64,000 bases of DNA from an uncultured Gammaproteobacteria bacterium (GTDB lineage Bacteria; Pseudomonadota; Gammaproteobacteria; UBA9214). The notes beneath the pieces are model-generated. The model was not told where the DNA came from. It made no database searches and worked only from the letters and a program-made list of their open reading frames with translations. Of the stretch, positions 56,454 through 64,000 are shown one piece after another. Made by a program: the position numbers and the translations under genes. Numbering within the stretch: the first letter of the stretch is position 1; every line of letters begins with the position of its first letter. The stretch is from assembly GCA_963773065.1 (NCBI GenBank), contig CAVYZN010000028.1:32001-96000 (forward strand), read 5' to 3'.

Positions 56454-57122
56454 TCACTCGCCGGAGGTACGAACTGGCGTACCGGCGGCCGGGAAATCCC
56501 CGGCGCCGCCGGCAGGCGACAGCAGCGGTTCCAGGTAAGCCCAGAGCGTATCGAGCAGGATCGGCTGCGCCTCGGCGCTCGGGTGGATGCCATCTTCTTG
56601 CATGAGACTCCGGTCTTCCGCGACCCCGGCCAGGAAAAACGGCACCAGCGGGATCCCCTGTTCCGCGGCGATCTGCTGGTAGACCTGGTGAAACTTACCG
56701 GCATAATAACTGCCATAATTGGGCGGCAGACGCATGCCCAGCAACAGCACCCGCGCGCCCTGCGCGCGGCTGGCGCTGACGAGGTGCGCGAGATTCTTCC
56801 GCATCTCATCGAGACTGATGCCGCGCAGGCCGTCGTTGCCGCCCAGGCCGACGATCACGATGGCGGGCCGGTAGTTCGCGAGCGATGCGTCCAGGCGCGC
56901 CACGGCCGCGCGGGTCGTCTCGCCGCTAATGCTCAGGTTGACAACACGGAATCGATAGGATTTGGCCCGCAGACGCTCATCCAGCAGCCGCACCCAACCC
57001 CGCTCCGTATCGATCCCGTAGGCCGCACTGAGACTGTCGCCCAAGACCAGGATCACCGGCGGTTCATCAGCGGTGAGGCGGCCCGTCAGACACAGCAGGA
57101 ATAGCAGGAGTATCGTCTTCAT
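56454..57122 (-). CDS. tesA: Arylesterase/thioesterase I (SGNH)
   Basis: GDSLS, GGNDGLRG, PPNYG and DGIHP motifs; divergent from ybbA. Confidence 0.93.
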   Translation of the reverse strand: MKTILLLFLLCLTGRLTADEPPVILVLGDSLSAAYGIDTERGWVRLLDERLRAKSYRFRVVNLSISGETTRAAVARLDASLANYRPAIVIVGLGGNDGLRGISLDEMRKNLAHLVSASRAQGARVLLLGMRLPPNYGSYYAGKFHQVYQQIAAEQGIPLVPFFLAGVAEDRSLMQEDGIHPSAEAQPILLDTLWAYLEPLLSPAGGAGDFPAAGTPVRTSGE

Positions 57123-57141
57123 GAAGACCGATTGTAACCCG

Positions 57142-57807
57142 ATGCTGGTGCAGGCGCGTCAACTCAGCAAGTGGGTCATGGGACCCGAGGGACGGCTGGA
57201 CATCCTGCGCGAGGTCAATCTCGAGATCGCGGCGCATGAGGCAGTGGCGATCCTCGGCGCCTCGGGGTCCGGCAAGTCCACCCTCCTCGGCCTGTTAGCC
57301 GGCCTGGACTCCGCCAGCGGCGGCGACGTCCGCCTGCTCGGCGTATCGCTGTCAGCCCTGGATGAAGATGCCCGGGCCGCCCTGCGAGCGGGTCGGGTCG
57401 GCTTCGTATTCCAGTCCTTCCAGTTGTTGCCGACCCTGACCGCGCTGGAGAACGTCCGCCTGGCGCTCGAACTCGCCGGCAGACGCGACCGGCAAACCAA
57501 AGCCGAGGAGGCCCTCGGTCTGGTCGGGCTGTCCCGGCGCCTGCGCCATTACCCGGCGCAACTCTCCGGCGGCGAGCAGCAGCGCGTGGCGATTGCCCGC
57601 GCTTTTGCGCCCCACCCCGAAGTGCTGTTCGCCGACGAACCCACCGGCAACCTCGACCAGTCGACCGGGGAACCGGTGATCGAGCTGCTGTTTACCCTGC
57701 GGGCCCGCTACGGCACCGCACTGGTGATGGTGACGCATGACGGCGCGCTCACGCGGCACTGCGAACGCCACTATCGGCTGGACAACGGAGCATTGGCCCC
57801 GGCATGA
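57142..57807 (+). CDS. ybbA: ABC transporter ATP-binding protein YbbA
   Basis: [17 protein letters not shown] and ADEPTGNLD motifs; tesA-ybbA-ybbP order. Confidence 0.9.
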   Translation: MLVQARQLSKWVMGPEGRLDILREVNLEIAAHEAVAILGASGSGKSTLLGLLAGLDSASGGDVRLLGVSLSALDEDARAALRAGRVGFVFQSFQLLPTLTALENVRLALELAGRRDRQTKAEEALGLVGLSRRLRHYPAQLSGGEQQRVAIARAFAPHPEVLFADEPTGNLDQSTGEPVIELLFTLRARYGTALVMVTHDGALTRHCERHYRLDNGALAPA

Positions 57808-60296
57808 CGCGGCGTTTCCCGCTCTGGTGCGCAGTTCCGGGACGCTACCTGCGCATCCCGGAACTGCGCGTCCTGGCGCTGGGCGTGATGCTGGCGGTGG
57901 CCGCGTTAACGTCCGTGGGCTTTTTCACCGACCGGGTGCAGCGCGCCATGTCGAGCCAGGCCACGGAGTTGCTGGGCGCGGACCTGGTGATCGCCTCATC
58001 CGGCGCACCGCGCGCCGCTTTGCGCCAGTCCGCCCGCGAGGCCGGTTTGCAGGTGGCGGAGACGGTGAGCTTCCCCAGCGTCGCACTCTACCAGGACAAC
58101 ACCCTGCTCACCGAAATCAAGGCCGTCAGCGCGAACTACCCGCTGCGCGGCCGGCTGCGCCTCGCCGCACAACCCTTGGGCGAGGAATTCGCCGCGCAGG
58201 GCATCCCGGCGCCGGGCGAGATCTGGGTGGAACCGCGGGTCCTCGAGCAACTCGGCGCGCGCATCGGGGACGCGATCCAACTGGGTGATCGCACCTTCAC
58301 CGCGAGTCGCGTGCTGAGTTACGAACCGGACCGCGGCGGCGATCTGTTCCAGCTCGCGCCGCGCGTGCTGCTGAACGCCACCGACCTCCCTTCCACCGGT
58401 CTCATCACCCCCGCGAGCCGGGTGCGCTACCGCCTGCTGGTGGCAGGGCCGCAAGCGGCGCTAGCGCGTTACCGCAACACGCTGGAGCGGCGCCTGCAGC
58501 CGGGCGAGCACCTGCAGGATGTGCGCGACGCCCGGCCGGAACTGCGCGCGGCGCTCGATCGGGCGCGGCAGTTCCTCGGACTCGCCGCCGTCACCGCGGT
58601 GCTGCTGGCCGGGGCGGCCATCTCGGTGGCGGCGCGTCACTACGCGGAGCGGCAGGCCGACACCAGCGCGATCATGCGTTGTCTCGGCGCCAGCGGCCGC
58701 GAGGTGTTGCGCACCGTTGCCGGCCGGCTGCTGTGGCCGGTGCTGGGCGCGAGCCTCGCCGGTTGCCTGCTCGGCTTGCTCGCCCAGCAGGTGCTGGTGG
58801 TGCTGCTGGCGCACTGGTTCACCGCCGCGCCCCCGGCCGTCGCGGCGTGGCCGGTGCTGGTCGGCGCCGGCACCGGCCTGGTCACGGTGATGGGATTCGC
58901 GCTGCCGTACGTGCTCACGATTGCGCGGGTCCCGCCGCTGCGCGTCCTGCGCCGCGAACTGGCGGCGCCGTCCCCGTCGGCCTGGACGGTGCTGCTGCTG
59001 GGACTCTCGGCGCTCTCCGGGCTGCTGTTCCAAGTCGCCGGCGACCTCGAACTGGCGGGCTGGCTGCTGCTCGGGATCGGCGTGACCGGCCTGCTGCTGT
59101 GGCTGGCCGGGCTCGGGCTGATTCGCGTCCTGTCCGTGTTCTCCCGGCGCGGGCGCCTCACCTGGCGCTTCGGGCTGGCCAGTCTGGCGCGGCGGGGCCG
59201 CCTGGGCGGCCTGCAACTCGCGGCCTTTGGCCTGGGGATCATGGCCCTGCTGATCCTCGGCATCGTCCGCGTCGACCTGCTGCGCTCCTGGCAGGCGAAC
59301 CTCCCGGTTGCCGCGCCGAATCAGTTCCTGATCAACGTGCAGGCGGATGAAGTCAAGCCACTGACAGACCTGTTGCGCGATGGCGGTATCACCCTGACCG
59401 GCTTCCATCCCATGGTGCGCGGGCGTCTGGTCGCCATCAATGACCGGGACGTGCGGCCGGAGGACTTCGAGGGCGCACGCGCCCGGCGCCTGATCGCGCG
59501 GGAATTCAACCTGTCCTGGGCGAGCGAATTGCAGGAGGACAACCGGATCGTCGCGGGCCGCTGGTGGCCCGGCGGCGCGGCGGGCGGTGATGGGCTGTCC
59601 CTCGAACAGGGGTTGGCGGAAACACTCGGCATCAGGCTCGGCGACCGCTTGCGGTTCACCATCGCCGGGAGGGAACTGACCGCCCGGGTCAGCAGCCTGC
59701 GCACCGTCGAGTGGGATTCGTTTCGGGTCAATTTCTTCGTCATCCTGCCGCCGGGCGTGCTGGAAGATTTTCCGGCCACCTACATCACCAGTTTTCATCT
59801 GCCGGACAACCGCGGCGCGCTGCTCACCGAACTGATCAAACAGTTCCCCAGCGTCACCGTGCTCGACGTTCGTGCCATCCTGCGCCAGGTTCGCGCGATC
59901 ATGGACCGCGCCACCCTGGCGATCGAGTATGTCTTTCTGTTCACCCTGCTCTCGGGCCTGATGGTGCTCTACGCCGCGATCCAGGCGAGCCGCGAGGGAC
60001 GCCGCCACGACACGGCTATCCTGCGCACCCTCGGCGCCAGCCGGCGCCAGGTGCTGGCGAGCCTGTTCATCGAGTTCACCACGCTCGGTCTTCTGGCCGG
60101 CCTGCTGGCCGCCGCCGGCGCCAGCGCCGTGGGTTATGTGCTTGCCGCCCGGGTGTTCGAACTGCCCTACCACCCCGATCCCCGGGTGTGGCTGATCGGC
60201 GCCCTCGGCGGCGCGCTCGGCGTGGGCCTGGCCGGCATGATGGGCACGCGCTCGGTCCTCGACCAGCCGCCGCTGCAGACGCTGCGCGACGGTTGA
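57804..60296 (+). CDS. ybbP: FtsX-like ABC permease YbbP
   Basis: 830 aa with two FtsX-like TM clusters; YPLRG, REFNLSW and WDSFRVNFF. Confidence 0.9.
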   Translation: MTRRFPLWCAVPGRYLRIPELRVLALGVMLAVAALTSVGFFTDRVQRAMSSQATELLGADLVIASSGAPRAALRQSAREAGLQVAETVSFPSVALYQDNTLLTEIKAVSANYPLRGRLRLAAQPLGEEFAAQGIPAPGEIWVEPRVLEQLGARIGDAIQLGDRTFTASRVLSYEPDRGGDLFQLAPRVLLNATDLPSTGLITPASRVRYRLLVAGPQAALARYRNTLERRLQPGEHLQDVRDARPELRAALDRARQFLGLAAVTAVLLAGAAISVAARHYAERQADTSAIMRCLGASGREVLRTVAGRLLWPVLGASLAGCLLGLLAQQVLVVLLAHWFTAAPPAVAAWPVLVGAGTGLVTVMGFALPYVLTIARVPPLRVLRRELAAPSPSAWTVLLLGLSALSGLLFQVAGDLELAGWLLLGIGVTGLLLWLAGLGLIRVLSVFSRRGRLTWRFGLASLARRGRLGGLQLAAFGLGIMALLILGIVRVDLLRSWQANLPVAAPNQFLINVQADEVKPLTDLLRDGGITLTGFHPMVRGRLVAINDRDVRPEDFEGARARRLIAREFNLSWASELQEDNRIVAGRWWPGGAAGGDGLSLEQGLAETLGIRLGDRLRFTIAGRELTARVSSLRTVEWDSFRVNFFVILPPGVLEDFPATYITSFHLPDNRGALLTELIKQFPSVTVLDVRAILRQVRAIMDRATLAIEYVFLFTLLSGLMVLYAAIQASREGRRHDTAILRTLGASRRQVLASLFIEFTTLGLLAGLLAAAGASAVGYVLAARVFELPYHPDPRVWLIGALGGALGVGLAGMMGTRSVLDQPPLQTLRDG

Positions 60297-60303
60297 GCGC
60301 GCT

Positions 60304-62211
60304 TTAGATTTCGATCTGCGTACCCAGCTCGATCACCCGGTTGGTCGGCAGGTTGAAATACTCCACCGCGCTGCCGGCGTTGCGCGCCATCGCCGCGAAC
60401 AGGCGATCGCGCCAGAGCGCCATGCCCTGGATGCGGATGCTCGGGATGATGGCCTCGCGGCTGAGGAAGAAGGAGGTTTCCAGAGGCCGGCATTCCAGTC
60501 CCTGGTGGCGGCAGACTTCCAGCGCCTGCATGATATCGGGCTGCTCCATGAAGCCGAACTTCAGCGTTATGCGGTAGCAATCATGCCCGAGCGAGTCGAT
60601 CTCCACCCGTTCCGCCTCGGGCACCCATGGCACTTCCGCGACGATGACGGTAAGAAAAACGACACGCTCGTGCAGCACCTTGTTGTGCACCAGGTTGTGC
60701 AGCAGCGCATGCGGCACGGTGCCCGTCGCGGAGGTCAGAAACACCGCGGTCCCGGGCACGCGCACCGGAGGGTCGCAGTACAGCAGCTCGAGGAAGGTAT
60801 CCAGCGCCACGGTTTGCTGTTTGAGTTGCTGGTACAGCAGCCTGCGGCCCTGCCGCCAGGTGGCCATCAGGGTAAACATCACCGCGCCCACCATCAGTGG
60901 ATACCAGCCCCCGTCGTGAATCTTGTACAGGGTCGCCGAAAAGAACAACGCGTCCACGCAGACAAACAAGCCGGTGGCGAAACCGGCGATCAGCAGGCTG
61001 TACCCCCAGCCGTGACGCATCACGAAGAAGGTGAGGATGGTCGTGATCAGCATCGTGCCAGCCACGGCCACACCGTAGGCGGAGGCGAGCTTCGAGGAGG
61101 AGCCGAATGCCACCACCGTGAGGATCACGGCGATGAACAGGATACGGTTCAGTCCCGGCAGATAGACCTGGCCGATTTGCTTCGCGGAGGTGTGCATCAC
61201 ATCGAGGCGCGGCAGATAGCCCAGTTGGATGGCCTGCCGGCAGAGGGAGAACGCCCCCGAGATCGTTGCCTGCGAAGCGATCACGGTCGCCGCGGTAGCC
61301 AGTCCGATCATCGGGTACAGCGCCCAGTCCGGATAGGCGTGGTAAAAGGGATTTGCGATGGCGCCGGGCTCCGCGATCAGCAGCGCCCCCTGTCCAAAGT
61401 AATTGAGCACCAGCGACGGCAGCACCAGCCCGAACCAGGCGATGCGGATCGGGCGCTTGCCGAAATGTCCCATGTCGGCATACAGCGCCTCCGCGCCCGT
61501 CACCGCGAGAAAGATCGAACCGAGCACCACGAACGACAGGAAACCGTGAGCGGTCACGAAGTGCAACGCATGCACCGGATTTGTCGCCAGCAGCACCCCG
61601 GGGTAGCGCTCGATATTGTAGATTCCCGCCGCGGCGAGCGCGAGGAACCACAACAGGCAGATGGGGCCGAAGAACGAGCCGACGACCGCGGTGCCCTGGC
61701 GCTGCACAGCGAATAGCACCGTCAGCACGCTCACCGTGATCGGAATGACATAGGGTTTGAACATCAGGGTGCCGATCTCGAGCCCCTCCACCGCCGAGAG
61801 CACCGAGATGGCGGGGGTAAGGACGGCGTCGCCGAAGAACAGCGCGGCGCCGAACACGCCGAGCGTGAGGATCAAGGCTCGCAGGCGCCCCGAAGTGGGG
61901 TACTGCGAGGAGGCGAGCGCCAGCAGGGCCATGATGCCGCCCTCGCCCTTGTTGCTCGCCCGCATGATGAGGGTGACGTACTTGAGCGAAACAATGATCA
62001 TCAGCGACCAGAAAATGGCCGAAAGCCCGCCGAGGATGTTCTCCGTGTCGAGGGGGATGCCGTGGCTGGAAGAAAATGTCTCCCTCACCGCGTAGAGCGG
62101 GCTCGTGCCGATATCGCCATAGACGACGCCGAGGGCGAGCAGAGTAAGCGCGGCCGTGGAGGACCGCGGCGGCGGCGCGGTGCTGACGTTCAGGGCTGCG
62201 TGCTGTTCCAT
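60304..62211 (-). CDS. kup: Potassium transporter Kup
   Basis: GVVYGDIGTSPLY, TGAEALYADMGHFG, AYGVAV and HNKVLHE motifs. Confidence 0.97.
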   Translation of the reverse strand: MEQHAALNVSTAPPPRSSTAALTLLALGVVYGDIGTSPLYAVRETFSSSHGIPLDTENILGGLSAIFWSLMIIVSLKYVTLIMRASNKGEGGIMALLALASSQYPTSGRLRALILTLGVFGAALFFGDAVLTPAISVLSAVEGLEIGTLMFKPYVIPITVSVLTVLFAVQRQGTAVVGSFFGPICLLWFLALAAAGIYNIERYPGVLLATNPVHALHFVTAHGFLSFVVLGSIFLAVTGAEALYADMGHFGKRPIRIAWFGLVLPSLVLNYFGQGALLIAEPGAIANPFYHAYPDWALYPMIGLATAATVIASQATISGAFSLCRQAIQLGYLPRLDVMHTSAKQIGQVYLPGLNRILFIAVILTVVAFGSSSKLASAYGVAVAGTMLITTILTFFVMRHGWGYSLLIAGFATGLFVCVDALFFSATLYKIHDGGWYPLMVGAVMFTLMATWRQGRRLLYQQLKQQTVALDTFLELLYCDPPVRVPGTAVFLTSATGTVPHALLHNLVHNKVLHERVVFLTVIVAEVPWVPEAERVEIDSLGHDCYRITLKFGFMEQPDIMQALEVCRHQGLECRPLETSFFLSREAIIPSIRIQGMALWRDRLFAAMARNAGSAVEYFNLPTNRVIELGTQIEI

Positions 62212-62399
62212 GCAAAATCCGGTAACCGAAGGGGCCGATGGCGCACAAGCCGACTGTTTGCCCGCGCGGTGATAGAAATGTGGGCTAGTATATCCTCGCG
62301 CAGGGACTCAGGACGAGCCTTCTCCGCGGAATCAATTGTCGCGAACCCCCTTAAGTTATATTCTGTGGCACCGGTCTTTATGCTCAGGATGGGAACGAG

Positions 62400-63371
62400 A
62401 TGGACTTGCGGTCGTTGCGCTGGCCCCGTGGCGGGTCGCTGGGTTACACCCTCCTGCTCCTGCTGCTTGCCGCCGGCGCCTGGTCGGCTATCTACACGGT
62501 GCCGAGCGATTCCGTCGCCGTGGTGCAGCGCTTCGGCAAATACCTGAAGGAAATCAACCCGGGGCTCCACTTCAAGCTGCCCTTCGGCATGGACGTCGCG
62601 ACCATCGTGCCGGTCAAGCGCCAGCTCAAGCAGGAATTCGGCTTCGCCACGCCCGGCGCCACCAATCCCTACCAGATCCCGCAAGAACCCGAAAAGGAAA
62701 CCCAGATGGTCACGGGCGACCTGAATACGGCCCTGGTGGAATGGGTGGTCCAGTACCGCGTCTCCGACCCGGAGAAGTTCCTGTTCAGGGTCCGCGAGCC
62801 CCACGAAACCCTGCGCGCGGTCTCCGAGTCCGTGATGCGCGAAGTCGTGGGTGATCGCACCGTGGACGAGGTGATCACCATCGGCCGCCAGGAGATCGAG
62901 GTGGAGGCGCTCGCCCGGATGCAGGCGCTCTCCACCAAGTACGAGATGGGCGTCAGCATCGACCAGGTGCAGTTGAAAAACATCAATCCACCTGGGCCGG
63001 TGCAGGCCTCCTTCAACGAGGTCAACCAGTCGCAGCAAGAGAAGGAAAAACTGATCAACGAGGCCAGGCGGGGTTACAACAAGGTGATACCGCTCGCCGA
63101 AGGGGAGAAGGACCAGCGCATCCGCGAGGCCGAGGGCTACCGGCTCAAGCGCATCAACGAGGCGGAGGGCGACGTCGCGCGCTTCAACGCCGTGCTGGCC
63201 GAATACCTCAAGGCGCCGGAGGTCACCCGGCGCCGCATCTACCTCGAGACCTTGCAGCAGGTCCTGCCGGGTCTGCGCTCCAAGATCATCGTCGATGACC
63301 AGGTGCGCGGCATCCTGCCGCTGCTCAACCTCGATGCGCAAAAGGAAGCACAGAAGGAAGCGCAGCCATGA
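62400..63371 (+). CDS. hflK: FtsH modulator HflK (SPFH)
   Basis: TM, RFGK...PGLHFKLP and APEVTRRRIYLET motifs. Confidence 0.9.
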   Translation: MDLRSLRWPRGGSLGYTLLLLLLAAGAWSAIYTVPSDSVAVVQRFGKYLKEINPGLHFKLPFGMDVATIVPVKRQLKQEFGFATPGATNPYQIPQEPEKETQMVTGDLNTALVEWVVQYRVSDPEKFLFRVREPHETLRAVSESVMREVVGDRTVDEVITIGRQEIEVEALARMQALSTKYEMGVSIDQVQLKNINPPGPVQASFNEVNQSQQEKEKLINEARRGYNKVIPLAEGEKDQRIREAEGYRLKRINEAEGDVARFNAVLAEYLKAPEVTRRRIYLETLQQVLPGLRSKIIVDDQVRGILPLLNLDAQKEAQKEAQP

Positions 63372-64000
63372 ACCTGGACAAGCCGCTCGTCCTCTTCATC
63401 GTGCTTGCCACGGCCGCGCTGGTCCTCACCGGGTCGCTCTACACCGTGAACGAGATCGAGCAGGTGATCATCACCCAGTTCGGCAAGCCGGTCGGCGACC
63501 CCGTCACCACCGCCGGCCTCAAGCTCAAGGCGCCCTTCATCCAGGAGGTCAACTCCATCGACAAGCGCATCCTGGAGTGGGACGGCAGTCCCACCGACAT
63601 GCCCACCAAGGACAAGCTCTACATCTCCGTCGACCTGTTCGCGCGCTGGCGCATCACCGATCCCCTGCAGTACTTCCTGCGCCTGCGCGATGAACGCAGC
63701 GCCCAGTCCCGTCTCGACGACATCCTCGGCAGCGAGACCCGCAACGCCGTGGCCAAGCACGAACTCATCGAGATCATCCGCACCACGAAAGACCGGGTGC
63801 CGTTGCAGGACGCCACCCTCGCGGATCCCAACAACGCCGCCGTGGGCACGCTGGTGCCCATCCATAAGGGGCGCCAGCAGGTCGAGGCGGAGATCTTCGC
63901 GGCGGCGGCGCAGAAGGTCCAGGTGTTCGGCATCGAGCTGCTGGACATCCGCTTCAAGCGCATCAACTACAACACCAGCGTGCTGCCGAAGATTTATGAC
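63368..64000 (+). CDS. hflC: FtsH modulator HflC (partial, runs off the window)
   Basis: Manual translation MNLDKPLV...IITQFGKPVG...GLKLKAPFIQ...DKRIL...RWRITDP...FGIELLDIRFKRINY. Confidence 0.9.
   Translation, partial: MNLDKPLVLFIVLATAALVLTGSLYTVNEIEQVIITQFGKPVGDPVTTAGLKLKAPFIQEVNSIDKRILEWDGSPTDMPTKDKLYISVDLFARWRITDPLQYFLRLRDERSAQSRLDDILGSETRNAVAKHELIEIIRTTKDRVPLQDATLADPNNAAVGTLVPIHKGRQQVEAEIFAAAAQKVQVFGIELLDIRFKRINYNTSVLPKIYD

Overview
GC-rich gammaproteobacterial chromosome segment, probably from a sulfur-oxidiser-like host. It looks like an error-prone long-read assembly, because several essential genes (leuS, holA, lptE) carry single-base frameshifts. The backbone is the conserved miaB-ybeZ-ybeY-corC-lnt / ybeL / leuS-lptE-holA-proA-nadD-rsfS-rlmH-maf-rng region, then rnpB, glgA, ppc, tcdA, csp, slyD, efpL, uup, tesA-ybbAP, kup and hflKC. 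The most notable part is a ~4.8 kb repeat-bounded island (10341-15148) between ybeL and lnt. It holds (i) a complete IS110-family (IS1111-type) element inserted precisely into a REP-like repeat, with sub-terminal inverted repeats, a promoter formed only at the circle junction, and a downstream non-coding region with candidate bridge-RNA target and donor guides; (ii) a two-gene cargo (FAD/BBE oxidoreductase and a DUF4242-cyclase fusion) between direct repeats; and (iii) a REP-associated HUH tyrosine transposase. A related repeat also forms the P3 helix of the RNase P RNA. The block ~43080-46630 looks chimeric or low quality. All family assignments come from motifs recognised by eye and from gene order; no database searches were run.
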